Shown here piece after piece: positions 1 through 9,866 of a stretch of 64,000 nucleotides of DNA. This DNA is from Clostridia bacterium (lineage in GTDB: Bacteria > Bacillota > Clostridia > Oscillospirales > CAG-272): positions 19,056 to 83,055 of the forward strand of contig JAGCXA010000023.1 in assembly GCA_017961575.1 (NCBI GenBank), given 5' to 3'. The first letter of the stretch is position 1. Each line of letters opens with the position of its first letter. The notes under the pieces are model-generated. The model searched no databases. It was not told where the DNA came from and was given only the letters and a program-made list of their open reading frames with translations. The translations under genes and the position numbers were made by a program.

Positions 1-1910
1 GAGTTTCCGGTTCTCACGGTCGATCTCGGTGATCTTCACGTCGACGACCTGTCCGATCGAGACGACGTCCTCGGGTTTCGCGACTTTCTCACGGGAGAGA
101 CGCGAAATGTGGATCAGACCGTCCACCCCGTCGGCAACCTCGGCGAACGCGCCGAAGGGCATGATCGAAACGATCTTCGCCTGCACGACGTCGCCCTCGT
201 TGTGGTTGGCGGCGAACACCGAGAAGACGTCCATTTCCTCGGTCTTATAACCGAGGGAGATGCGTTTCTTTTCGGGGTCGAGTTCCTTGACGTAGACGTC
301 GATTTCCTGACCGACCGAAACGACCTGCGACGGATGCTTGATCCGCTTCCAGGACAACTCGGAATTGTGAACCATCCCGTCGATGCCGCCGATGTCGACG
401 AACGCGCCGTAGGAAGTCAGGTTCTTGACGGTCCCTTTGAAGCGCTGTCCGACCTCGAGCGTCGCCCAGAGCGCCGCCTCGGCTTCCGCGCGTTCCGCGC
501 GTTTCACGATACGGATCGAACCGAGCGCCCGTTTTCTCGTGTCGTCGAGTTCGATCAGTTTGAAACGCTGGGTCGTGCCGAGAAGAACCGAGAGGTCTCC
601 GTCCTTCGGAACGCCGCTGTGGCTCGCGGGAATGAAGATCGAGTGTTTGTCGATCGCGATGACAAGACCGCCCTTGACGATCTCGCTGACCTTGCCTTCG
701 AGGATGGAGCCGTCTCTGTACGCCTCTTCGATCGAGATCCAGCTCTTGTCGGCGTCGACGCGCTTCTTGGAGAGCGTGATCATTCCGTCGCCGTCGTTGA
801 CGCGGATCACGAACGCCTTGACCTCGTCTCCGATCTTGAACATCTTTGCAGGATCGACTTTGTCGGTCTCGGCGGACAGTTGTTCCGCGGCGATGAACCC
901 GGTCTGTTTCGTACCGAGATCAAGAAAGATACCCGTCTGGTCGATTGCCGTCACGATACCGGTCACAGTTTCTCCTGTATGTAATGTTTTGAGAGAGTCG
1001 TTCAGCATTTCCTCGAAATTTTCGAGTTTTTCTTCCATGGCTTGAAATACCTCCGTAATGATCCCGCCCGGTGTGGAAGCGCCGGCGGTGATTGATGTAC
1101 GAAAACCGTCTTTTCGCGGGACGTTCGGTAACTGATCCACCGATTCGATCAGGTACGTTTCGGGACATCTCGAACTGCATAAATCGAACAGATGCCGCGT
1201 GTTGGAACTCTCGCGGCTGCCGATGACGATCATGCAATCCGACGTCTCAGCCAGCGCGATGGCTTCCTTCTGCCGTTTTTCCGTAACACTACATATTGTA
1301 TCAAAAAAAATCGAGTTTGTATATAGTTTTTGAATTATTTTTTGAGTTTTTTTCCACAGAGGAAGGTTTTGGGTCGTCTGACTCGCGAAAACGAGCCGTT
1401 TTCCTTCGTGCGGGGTTTCTTTCAGGATCTTTTCGAGTTCGGCTTCGTCGGAAAAAATCGCCTTTTCTCCCTTCGCGTAGGACATAATGCCGACGGGTTC
1501 GGGGTGATCGGGCGCGCCGTAGAGCAGAAAGAAAGTATCGTCCCCAGTGTTCTCGGCGGCGATCCGGTGGATCTTTTTGACGTTCGGGCAGGTCATATCG
1601 TAGACCTTGAAGGCGGGAAAGCGTTCGGAGAGCGAACGCAGCGTCTCCTCCTGTTCACATGGGATCCCGTGCGCGCGAATGACCAGAGCGGCGGGTCCCT
1701 CGGTTTCGGTGGAGCGCGCGATCTCATCGACCCGGTCGAATCCGACCGAAACCACGCCGCGCTCGGCAAGCTGCGACAGATAGGTACGGTTATGGATCAG
1801 GTCGCCGAGCGTGTAGATGCGCAGTCCCGGCTCCGCGAGCAGGCGTTCGGTCATCTCGGCGGCGCGCTTCACGCCGAAGCAGAAGCCGGCGTTTTCGGCA
1901 AGCGTGACCA
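1..1910 (-). CDS. ispH: IspH/LytB (4-hydroxy-3-methylbut-2-enyl diphosphate reductase) fused to ribosomal-protein-S1-like repeats; C-terminus lies beyond the window edge
   Basis: My own translation from ATG at 1910 is open to position 1. It starts MVTLAENAGFCFGVKRA...CPNVKKIH...GASTPGG (IspH), then S1-type repeats (YGAFVDIGGIDGMVH, FGAFAEVADGVDGLIH). Start overlaps the cmk stop (ATGA). Absent from the track because the stop is outside the window. Confidence 0.85.
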
Positions 1911-3254
1911 TCAGGCGTCGGTTTCGGTCGGGGCGGGAAGCGTCTTCTCAAAGTTGCCGAGACGGCAGATCTCGGAAAAGACCTTTGCCGCGGCTTCGCG
2001 GTATTCCGCCGAACCGCCGTTCACGAATCCGAGTTCTTCCGCGGACATCGGTTTCCCGATGAAGATTTCCGTGCGGCGGAAAATGCGATATTTCTGCCTC
2101 TTCAATCTGATACAGACCGGGAGGATCGGCACGCCCGCGCGATAGGCGACGAGCGCGGCGCCCGATTTGAATTCGGTGTCGGCGGGGTTTTTACCCGGCT
2201 GACGGTGTCCCTGCGGGAAGATGGCGACGAGGTTGCCGTTGGCGGCAAGTTCGACCGAACGGCGGATCGCGCCGAGGTCGGTCTTCTTTCTTTCAAGCGG
2301 GATGGCGCCCGCGGAGCGGATCAGAAAAGAAAGGATCGGCACCTTGAAGAGTTCGCGTTTGGCAAGGAAATTGATCGGACGGGGAACGCTGGCGCCGATC
2401 GAGAAGATGTCGAGGATCGCGATATGGTTGGAGCAGAGAATGCATCCGCCCGAACGCGGCACGTTTTCGCGCCCCGTGACCTTGATCCTGTGGAAGAAGC
2501 GGACGAGCCAACCGAGCGTGTAGTAGAAGAAGCGATAGGAGCGTTTCTCCCGTTTGATCTTCTTTTTCTTTTCGGGGGTCAGCGCGTACCGCTGCGCCTT
2601 GATAAGCGAGATCACGGCGTCGACCGAGCCCTCGAAGTCAAGGTCCGACGTGTCGAGCGTCACGGCGTCGGCGGCGGCGACGAGCGGGGCGCTTTCCCGC
2701 GTCGAATCGGCACGGTCGCGTTCGTTCATTTCGGCAAGCACCGATTCTTCTGTTACCTCCACGCCCTTCGCCGTCAGTTCCAGATAACGGCGGTGCGCTC
2801 TCGCTTCGGGCGAGGCGGTCAGAAAAATCTTGACCTGCGCGTCGGGGAAGATGACCGTCCCGATGTCGCGTCCGTCGAGGATCACGTCGAATTCCTCGGC
2901 AAAACCCCTCTGATAGTCAAGCAGTTTCGCGCGCACTTCGGGGATCGCCGAGACGCGCGAGGCGTACATTGAGATCTCCTGCGTGCGGATCTCGTCCCCG
3001 ACGGGCGCGCCGTCGAGCAGAATGATCTGCCGTCCCTGTTCGGCGCGGACGCCGATGGAGAGAGCGGGAAGCGACGCGACGACGGCGTCTCTGTCGGCGG
3101 GGTCGATCCCGGCGCGCTTCACGTAGAGCCCGACGGTTCTGTAAAGGGCTCCCGTGTCGATATAGAGAAGATTGAGACGGCGCGCGACCTCCTTGCAGAC
3201 GCTGCTTTTTCCTGCTCCGCCGGGGCCGTCCACGGCAACTTTGAGATGTGACAT
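1911..3254 (-). CDS. cmk: Cytidylate kinase fused to 1-acyl-sn-glycerol-3-phosphate acyltransferase-type domain
   Basis: 447-aa ORF. N-terminus has GPGGAGKSS P-loop and IDTGALYR (Cmk). Then a Lys-rich linker and hydrophobic segment, followed by NHIAILD (HX4D), FPQGHR and VPILPV acyltransferase motifs. Confidence 0.85.
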   Translation of the reverse strand: MSHLKVAVDGPGGAGKSSVCKEVARRLNLLYIDTGALYRTVGLYVKRAGIDPADRDAVVASLPALSIGVRAEQGRQIILLDGAPVGDEIRTQEISMYASRVSAIPEVRAKLLDYQRGFAEEFDVILDGRDIGTVIFPDAQVKIFLTASPEARAHRRYLELTAKGVEVTEESVLAEMNERDRADSTRESAPLVAAADAVTLDTSDLDFEGSVDAVISLIKAQRYALTPEKKKKIKREKRSYRFFYYTLGWLVRFFHRIKVTGRENVPRSGGCILCSNHIAILDIFSIGASVPRPINFLAKRELFKVPILSFLIRSAGAIPLERKKTDLGAIRRSVELAANGNLVAIFPQGHRQPGKNPADTEFKSGAALVAYRAGVPILPVCIRLKRQKYRIFRRTEIFIGKPMSAEELGFVNGGSAEYREAAAKVFSEICRLGNFEKTLPAPTETDA

Positions 3255-3275
3255 TGCAGATACCTTCTTAGTTGT

Positions 3276-4532
3276 TTAGTTATTGACGCGGTATTCCGCC
3301 GCGGACTGTCCCGCGACGTAACCGGTTGAAAACGCGATTTGCAGATTGAATCCGCCCGTGTAGGCGTCGACGTCGATCACTTCGCCCGCAAAAAAAAGAC
3401 CGTCGACAAGCCGCGACCCCATCGTTTTCGGGTCGATCTCCTTCACGCTGACGCCGCCCGAGGTGACGATCGCTTCCTCAATGGGACGATAGCCTGAGAC
3501 GGGAATCGAAAAGTGTTTCAGGGTGTGAAGCATCGAGGCGCGTTCCGCACGGGTCAGGGCGTTGATCTTTTTGCGGGGATCGACGGTTGCCTGCGTGAGG
3601 AACGGGAGTATCATCTTTTGCGGCAAGAGATCCGAGAGCGCGTTTTGCGCGTCCCGGTTGACGTATTTGGAAAAATCCGAGAGAAGACGCCGTTCGAGGG
3701 TTTGCTCGTCGAGCGCCGGTTTGAGGTCGATTTCGACGCGGACGCTCGTAAAATTGGCGCTCCTCAGGTGCGCGGAGGCGGAGAGGATCATCGGCCCGCT
3801 CATCCCGAAGTGTGTGAAGAGCATTTCCCCGAAGTCGCGGTAGATCGCCTTTTCGCGGTCGAAGAGCGTCAGCGCGACGTTTTTGAGCGATAAGCCCTGC
3901 ATTTCCGCGCAGAGAGGCGAAGGCGAGACGAGCGGAACGAGGGAAGGCGTCAACGGGGTGACGGTATGCCCGACGTCGCGCGCGATCGCGTAGCCCGAAC
4001 CGTCGGAACCGGTCAGGGGATAGGACGCGCCCCCGGTCGAGAGGATCACCGCGTCGAAGGGAAGTTCGCCGTCGTTGGTCAGAACCCCCGTGGCGCGACC
4101 GTTTTCCACGCGGATCCCTGTGGCTTTCGCCCGGAGAAACCGACACCCGGACGCATAGCGAAGAAGCGCCGAAAGAATATCTGCGCTCCTGTCCGACTGC
4201 GGGAAGACGCGACGTCCGCGCTCGGTTTTGAGTTCTACGCCGAGTTCGGTCAGCAGGTCCTTCATATCCTGCGGGGAAAAGCGGTTGATCGCCGAAAATA
4301 GAAAACGCGCGTTTTTCGTCACGTTGTTGATGAATTCGGCGGGGGTGCAGTCGTTGGTCACGTTGCACCGCCCTTTGCCCGAAATGAGGATCTTTTTCCC
4401 CGGACGGTCGTTTTGCTCGACGACGGTCACGCGCGCACCGGCGCGCAACGCCGTACCCGCGGCGAGAAGTCCCGCCGCGCCGCCCCCGATCACGGCGACG
4501 TTTTGCCCGTCAGGTTTTCGTGTAGACGTCAT
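3276..4532 (-). CDS. NAD(P)/FAD-dependent oxidoreductase, HI0933/BaiN-like flavoprotein family
   Basis: 418 aa. N-terminal VAVIGGGAAGL dinucleotide fold, GKGRCNVTN motif, C-terminal FFAGEVIDVDAYTGGFNLQ typical of this family. Confidence 0.8.
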   Translation of the reverse strand: MTSTRKPDGQNVAVIGGGAAGLLAAGTALRAGARVTVVEQNDRPGKKILISGKGRCNVTNDCTPAEFINNVTKNARFLFSAINRFSPQDMKDLLTELGVELKTERGRRVFPQSDRSADILSALLRYASGCRFLRAKATGIRVENGRATGVLTNDGELPFDAVILSTGGASYPLTGSDGSGYAIARDVGHTVTPLTPSLVPLVSPSPLCAEMQGLSLKNVALTLFDREKAIYRDFGEMLFTHFGMSGPMILSASAHLRSANFTSVRVEIDLKPALDEQTLERRLLSDFSKYVNRDAQNALSDLLPQKMILPFLTQATVDPRKKINALTRAERASMLHTLKHFSIPVSGYRPIEEAIVTSGGVSVKEIDPKTMGSRLVDGLFFAGEVIDVDAYTGGFNLQIAFSTGYVAGQSAAEYRVNN

Positions 4533-5367
4533 ATTCGTCCCAGACCCGTTCCAGACGGTCGAAGCGTTCGCGCACCTCGTTCCCGCGGCGTTGCGTCACG
4601 GCGACGAGAAGCGCGTCGATGATGCTGAGGGGAGCGACGAGCGAATCGACGAAGGACGCCATATCGCTCTGCGCCGTCAGAAGATAGTTCGCGTGCTCGG
4701 CAAGCGGCGACTGTACGCTGTCGGTCAGCGCGACCACGATCGCGTCGCGCGCCCGCGCGTATTTGAGCGCGTTGATGATCTTCGCCGAATAGCGCGGAAA
4801 ACTGATCGCGATCAGAACGTCGCGCTTCCCGATCCCGAGGATCTGCTCGAAGACTTCGCTTGAACTGGTCGGCTGGATCAACCGCACGTTGTCCTGGATC
4901 ATACTGAGGTTGTAGTTGAAGAATCCGGCGAGGAACGCCGAGGAGCGTACGCCGAAGATATAGACGTTCTCGGCGGATACGATCGCGTCGACGGCGGAGG
5001 AAAAGGCGGCGCGGTCGATCGAGTGCATCGTATACTTGATCTTCTCAGAGTCGGAGGTCATTACGTTCTCGATCGGATTCGCCCCGCCAAGCCGCTCCTC
5101 CGAGATCCTGATCCTTTGATTCGGAGTCAGTTTTGCCCGGACGAGTTCCTGCACGGCGTGCTGAAACTCGGGGTATCCGTCATAGCCGAGATCAATTGCG
5201 AACCGAACGACGGTGGATTCGGAAACACCGACCATATTGCTCAGTTTCGCCGCCGTCATATAGGCGACCTTGTCGTAGTCGGAGAGGATCGTCAGGGCGA
5301 TCTTCTTTTTGCTTTTTGAAAGATTGTGCATCTCGGCTTCGATCAGCGCCGCAAGATCCTTATTCAT
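4510..5367 (-). CDS. MurR/RpiR-family transcriptional regulator (HTH + SIS domain)
   Basis: 285 aa. N-terminal HTH (AAKLSNMVGVSESTVVRFAIDLGYDGY) and a C-terminal SIS-like sugar-phosphate-binding region. Confidence 0.85.
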   Translation of the reverse strand: MNKDLAALIEAEMHNLSKSKKKIALTILSDYDKVAYMTAAKLSNMVGVSESTVVRFAIDLGYDGYPEFQHAVQELVRAKLTPNQRIRISEERLGGANPIENVMTSDSEKIKYTMHSIDRAAFSSAVDAIVSAENVYIFGVRSSAFLAGFFNYNLSMIQDNVRLIQPTSSSEVFEQILGIGKRDVLIAISFPRYSAKIINALKYARARDAIVVALTDSVQSPLAEHANYLLTAQSDMASFVDSLVAPLSIIDALLVAVTQRRGNEVRERFDRLERVWDEYDVYTKT

Positions 5368-5379
5368 TACGTCCTCCCG

Positions 5380-6837
5380 TTATGAAAGGCGTTTCGACGC
5401 CGTCGAAAGGCGTGCGAGCGTCTCGTCCTTACCGAGTATATCCATAATCTCCGTCGCGCCCCCCGGCGTGACGGAAAGACCCGATACGGCGGCGCGGGCG
5501 ACGAAGAGAAGAGCGCCGGACTTGATCCCGGTCGACTCGGCGTACGCGGTCAGGGTCGCGTAAAGCGCGTCGTTGTTCCAGTCGTTTACGTCGGACAGGA
5601 CCGACGAAAGACCGGGCAGCATTTCACGCGCGACGTCGGGGGTGATTTTATTCTTTTTGTTCTGGAACAGGTCCTCCGCCGCGTAATCGGGAAGGCGCGA
5701 GAAGAACGCGATCTTTCCGTCAATCTCGCTGAGTTTTCCGATCCGGGGTTGTACGAGCGGGAGAATCCGGTCGAGCTTGTCCCCGGCGGGGGGGTCCTTG
5801 ATGAAGGGGATCGCCCGCGCCCGGAACTCCTCGGGCGAGAGTTTGCGGATGTATTCGCCGTTGAACCAGAGCAGTTTTTCGTAGTCGAAAACCGAGGGGG
5901 ATTTGTTGATCCCGTCGAGCGAAAACGCCTTCGTCAACTCGTCCAGCGTAAAGAATTCGTTTTCGGTATTCTTCGGACACCAGCCGAGCAGGGCGATATA
6001 GTTGACGATCGCCTCGGGAAGATAGCCGTCCGCCGTCAGATCGGCGAAACTGACAGCCCCGTGCCGCTTGGAGAGTTTCGAGACGGCGCCATCCTCGCCT
6101 CTCCCCATCAGAAGCGGCAGATGGACGTAGACCGGTCTTTTCCACCCGAACGCATCGTAGAGCAGCGCGTATTTCGGGGTCGAGGTCAGATACTCGCATC
6201 CGCGCACGACGTGCGTGACACCCATCAGGTGGTCGTCGACGACGTGGCAGAAGTTGTAGGTGGGGTAACCGTCCGCCTTCATCAGGATCTGATCCTGCAA
6301 CTCCTTGTTCTCGGTGCTGATCGTTCCGAACACGGCGTCCTCGTAGGTCGTCGTGCCTTCGAGCGGGATCTTCTGACGAATCACGTAGGGAAGCCCCGCT
6401 TTCAGATTGGCTTCGACCTCTTCCTTTGAAAGATTCCGACAATGACGGTCGTAACCGCCGCCGACCCCATCCTCTTCGTGGAGCGATTCAAGCCGCTCCT
6501 TGGAACAGAAGCAGTAGTATGCCGCGCCGCGTTTCACCAATTCCTTGGCGTAGCGAAGATAGATTTCTTTCCGTTCGGACTGGACGTACGGACCGTTCTC
6601 GCCTCCGACGCCGGGTCCTTCGTCGTAGCGAAGCCCCGTGACTTTCAGCGTGTTGATGATGAGGTCGGTCGCCCCTTCCACGAGACGTTCGCGATCGGTA
6701 TCCTCGATCCGGAGGATGAAGGTTCCGTTTTCGTGTTTGGCGATCAGATAGGAATAGAGCGCCGTCCGCAGGTTTCCAATGTGCATATATCCCGTCGGGC
6801 TCGGTGCGAATCGGGTGACGACGTTACGGTTGATCAT
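5380..6837 (-). CDS. gltX: Glutamate--tRNA ligase
   Basis: 485 aa. Class I signatures HIGNLRTALY (HIGH) and KLSKRHG (KMSKS). Confidence 0.95.
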   Translation of the reverse strand: MINRNVVTRFAPSPTGYMHIGNLRTALYSYLIAKHENGTFILRIEDTDRERLVEGATDLIINTLKVTGLRYDEGPGVGGENGPYVQSERKEIYLRYAKELVKRGAAYYCFCSKERLESLHEEDGVGGGYDRHCRNLSKEEVEANLKAGLPYVIRQKIPLEGTTTYEDAVFGTISTENKELQDQILMKADGYPTYNFCHVVDDHLMGVTHVVRGCEYLTSTPKYALLYDAFGWKRPVYVHLPLLMGRGEDGAVSKLSKRHGAVSFADLTADGYLPEAIVNYIALLGWCPKNTENEFFTLDELTKAFSLDGINKSPSVFDYEKLLWFNGEYIRKLSPEEFRARAIPFIKDPPAGDKLDRILPLVQPRIGKLSEIDGKIAFFSRLPDYAAEDLFQNKKNKITPDVAREMLPGLSSVLSDVNDWNNDALYATLTAYAESTGIKSGALLFVARAAVSGLSVTPGGATEIMDILGKDETLARLSTASKRLS

Positions 6838-6874
6838 ACGCTGTCGAACTCCTTTGACATATTTACTCTATGAT

Positions 6875-6903
6875 ATTGTATCATACAAACGTGTTTTCGT
6901 CAA
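6875..6903 (-). promoter_or_regulatory. Sigma-70-type promoter for gltX
   Basis: Minus strand TTGACG - 17 nt - TACAAT. Confidence 0.55.
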
Positions 6904-6918
6904 TCGGAAAAATAAATA

Positions 6919-6947
6919 TTTACTTTTTGCGCGAAGCGCGTTATAAT
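6919..6947 (+). promoter_or_regulatory. Candidate promoter for the histidine kinase gene
   Basis: TTTACT - 17 nt - TATAAT, 20 nt upstream of the RBS. Confidence 0.45.
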
Positions 6948-6967
6948 AGTGTCGGAGGGCACAATTC

Positions 6968-8425
6968 ATGTTCAAGAGCGTATTCGCGAAATATCTGACC
7001 GCGATCTGTATCCTGATCCTCGCCTGCTTTCTGATCCTGGCGTGGATCATCAGTTCCGTCGTGCGGAACTACGCGGTCGAACTCAAACGGAATGAGATGA
7101 ACTGGAGTTGTTCGACGACCGTCAGTCTCGTGTCTCTGACCTACGGAAACTCGGACGGTTCGTCCTCGTTTTCCGATTTCATTCTGTCGAACAAATCTAA
7201 ACTTGCAGATATCATCGGAACCGTCCTCGAACGCGATGAATCGGTGACCGTGCTTCTTACCGACAGCGCGGGATTCGTCCTTCTCGTTTGCGGCGACCGG
7301 GAGATCTTGACGCAGGAGGCGGTACCGCAGAGTATCGTTTCGTCGATCGCCGAAGAGAACGAGTATATGGACAGAGGGAACGTCGGCGGATCGGTCGAGC
7401 GGGACTATCTGACATATGCCCGCCCGATCTTCACCGAGGACGGGTCGTTTGAGGGAACCGCCATCCTGCTCTCGTCCGCGGACGAGGAAAGGACGCTCAT
7501 CAAGACGCTGACCGAAACGATCGTGATGTCCTCGCTCTGGGTCCTGCTCGCGGCGATGATCGCCGTGTATTTCATCACCGACCGCGTCGTCGATCCTCTG
7601 CGCGGAATGACGAGCGCCGTCAAACGCTTCGGGAAGGGCGATTTCAAGATGCGCGTCCCGATCAACGGGCGGGACGAGATCGCCGACCTCGGCGCGGCGT
7701 TCAATCATATGGCGGAGTCTCTTGAACACACCGAAAAAATGCGGAATATGTTCCTCGCCAACGTCTCGCACGATCTGCGCACCCCGATGACGACGATCTC
7801 CGGCTTTATCGACGGGATCAATTCGGGCGCCATTCCGCCCGAAAAACACGGATACTATCTGAACGTGATCTCGGGCGAGGTTCATCGGCTTTCGCGGCTC
7901 GTTTCCGAACTGCTGGATCTCTCGAAACTCGAATCCGGCGAGAGAAAATTCAACGCAACGCCGTTTGACGTCTGCGAGACGGCGCGCCTGATCCTGATCT
8001 CCTTTGAACAGAAGATCAACGAAAAGCGGCTTGACGTCGAATTCCTTTCCGACGAGGATTCGATCACGGTCGTAGCCGACCGCGACGCGATCTATCAGGT
8101 GCTTTACAATCTCGTCGACAACGCGATCAAGTTTGCCCGCGACGGCGGCATTCTCCGCGTCGAGATTCGACGGAAACCCGGCGGAAAGGCGACGGTATCG
8201 GTCTTCAACGAGGGCGAGGGGATTCCGGAGGCGGATCTGCCGTACGTGTTTGACCGCTTTTACAAGTCGGACAAGAGCCGCGGGCTTGACAAAAACGGCG
8301 TCGGTCTCGGACTCTATATCGTGAAAACGATACTCGAAGCGCAGGGCGAGACGATCTCGGTCGAGAGCAACCCCGGCGAAAATTGCGAGTTCGTCTTTAC
8401 TTTGACCGAACGTACCGGAGAATAA
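6968..8425 (+). CDS. Sensor histidine kinase (2 TM, HAMP, HisKA, HATPase_c); no response regulator nearby
   Basis: 485 aa. H-box SHDLRTPMT, N-box DNAIKFA, G-box GVGLGLYIVK. GGAGGG RBS 8 nt upstream of the ATG. Confidence 0.9.
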   Translation: MFKSVFAKYLTAICILILACFLILAWIISSVVRNYAVELKRNEMNWSCSTTVSLVSLTYGNSDGSSSFSDFILSNKSKLADIIGTVLERDESVTVLLTDSAGFVLLVCGDREILTQEAVPQSIVSSIAEENEYMDRGNVGGSVERDYLTYARPIFTEDGSFEGTAILLSSADEERTLIKTLTETIVMSSLWVLLAAMIAVYFITDRVVDPLRGMTSAVKRFGKGDFKMRVPINGRDEIADLGAAFNHMAESLEHTEKMRNMFLANVSHDLRTPMTTISGFIDGINSGAIPPEKHGYYLNVISGEVHRLSRLVSELLDLSKLESGERKFNATPFDVCETARLILISFEQKINEKRLDVEFLSDEDSITVVADRDAIYQVLYNLVDNAIKFARDGGILRVEIRRKPGGKATVSVFNEGEGIPEADLPYVFDRFYKSDKSRGLDKNGVGLGLYIVKTILEAQGETISVESNPGENCEFVFTLTERTGE

Positions 8426-8436
8426 CAACGAACGAA

Positions 8437-8474
8437 AATACGAACGGCGTCCCGTACGGGGCGCCGTTCGTATT
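8437..8474. terminator. Long hairpin between the convergent kinase and ABC genes
   Basis: AATACGAACGGCG / CGCCGTTCGTATT 13-bp arms around the inner palindrome CCCGTACGGG. T-run is present only for the minus-strand transcript. Confidence 0.5.
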
Positions 8475-9076
8475 CAGTTGAAGGCGGGGAGTTCCACGCG
8501 CGTCGTCGGGAAGAGTTCGCAATCCTCGGGACGGTGCGTCGAGAAGAGGATCAGCGAATCGGCGGAACAACGCGCGATTTGCGTCAGGACGAGGGAAATC
8601 GACGTCCGGTCGAGTTCCTTCGTCACTTCGTCGAGCAATTTGATCGGATGCGGGGAGAAGAGCGCGCGCGCAAGCGAAACGCGCTGTTTCATTCCGCCCG
8701 AGAGCGCGCCGGGGAGACTCTCGGCGTCCTTCTGAGAGAGTCCGAGAGAGGCGAGTAGGGAGAGTGCTTCCGAATCGTTTTTCGCCGCTTCCGCTTTCGT
8801 TTCGGGCTGCCTTACGCAGGTCACGTTACGAAGAGCGGTGACGTTCGGAAAGAGTCGGTATTCCTGAAAGGCGAACGCGACGGGATCCGTGACCGTGAGA
8901 ATTCCGGAGCGCGGTTTTTCAAGTCCGGCGATCAAGCGGAGAAGGGTGGTTTTGCCGCATCCGCTTCTCCCGGTCAGAAGATAGACGCCGGGGCCGCGGA
9001 ACTCGTAGGAAAAGCCGTCGAAAACGGTCTTCTTTCCATAGGAAAAAGACAGGGAAGAAACAAGAACGTCAGGCAT
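8474..9076 (-). CDS. ABC transporter ATP-binding protein (NitT/TauT-like)
   Basis: 200 aa. Walker A GRSGCGKT, signature LSGGMKQR, Walker B IKLLDE, H-loop STHR. Confidence 0.9.
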   Translation of the reverse strand: MPDVLVSSLSFSYGKKTVFDGFSYEFRGPGVYLLTGRSGCGKTTLLRLIAGLEKPRSGILTVTDPVAFAFQEYRLFPNVTALRNVTCVRQPETKAEAAKNDSEALSLLASLGLSQKDAESLPGALSGGMKQRVSLARALFSPHPIKLLDEVTKELDRTSISLVLTQIARCSADSLILFSTHRPEDCELFPTTRVELPAFN

Positions 9077-9866
9077 CGTTTTTTCTCCTTTCTTTTACGG
9101 GAGAGAACGATCTTTTCCCGAAGAGAAGAACGATCAAACCGTCGAACAGGATACTGATGAGAATAACGACGAGCGTCCAGGCGAAGAGCGCCGCCGTATC
9201 GATGTTCCAAGCGCGCGCGTCCCAGATCATGTATCCGATGGAGTCGGGGGTGTGGACGAGGATCTCGGCGGCTACGGTCGACTTCCAACCGAGTCCGAGC
9301 GCCGTCGAAAGACCGGAAGAGAGAAACGGCGACAACATCGGAAAAAGATACAGCCGCGTCGTCTTGAAGAAGCCGAAACGGTAGACGCGCGTCACCTCGA
9401 ACAACGCGGGATCCAGCGCCCGTATCCCCTCGCTCAGACTGCTCCAAACGATCGGAGCGGTCATAAGAAAGCAGATAAACGCGGGCAGAATCCCATTGTC
9501 CAGAAAAACCCACGCCAGAATGATAAATGACGCGACGGGCGTCGCCCGAATCACGGTAAAGACCGGAGAAATCAAGGAATCAAAGACTTTTGAGAGCGCG
9601 GAAGGTACCGCGAGAAGGATCCCGACGGCAACGCCGGACACGAATCCGACGAGAAGCGAAAGAAGGGACCGAAGAACGGTCAGGTACAGTTCCTTGGTTG
9701 CGAAGAGGTGAAAGAAGACGGAAAAGACCGAGTCGGGCGAGGGAAGCACGAAGGGGACTCCGACGCGCCACGCCGCAAACGCCCAAACCCCGACCCAGAA
9801 CGCAAGCGCAAGGATCGGGGGAAGGACTCTTTTCAGTATTTTTTTCGTGTAATCAGCGCGCGCCAT
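9069..9866 (-). CDS. ABC transporter permease (NitT/TauT-like)
   Basis: Multi-TM ORF. The track starts at TTG 9893; I prefer ATG 9866 (MARADYTKK), giving a typical 265 aa. Overlaps the ATPase gene by 8 nt. Confidence 0.8.
   Translation of the reverse strand: MARADYTKKILKRVLPPILALAFWVGVWAFAAWRVGVPFVLPSPDSVFSVFFHLFATKELYLTVLRSLLSLLVGFVSGVAVGILLAVPSALSKVFDSLISPVFTVIRATPVASFIILAWVFLDNGILPAFICFLMTAPIVWSSLSEGIRALDPALFEVTRVYRFGFFKTTRLYLFPMLSPFLSSGLSTALGLGWKSTVAAEILVHTPDSIGYMIWDARAWNIDTAALFAWTLVVILISILFDGLIVLLFGKRSFSPVKERRKNDA

Noticed and set aside
6941-8428. Other long antisense ORFs: 6941-8428(-), 14899-16350(-), 34711-36213(-), 40925-42691(-), 48476-50056(+), 50032-51234(+), 54158-55546(-), 56360-57718(-)
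   Set aside because: I checked the frames of 6941-8428, 14899-16350, 40925-42691, 48476-50056 and 50032-51234. Each is triplet-aligned antisense to a confidently identified gene (HK, recJ, pgi, rplA/rplK, and nusG/secE/rpmG, which all share one phase). The others look the same. None has an RBS or promoter, and all have biased R/D/G/V composition.
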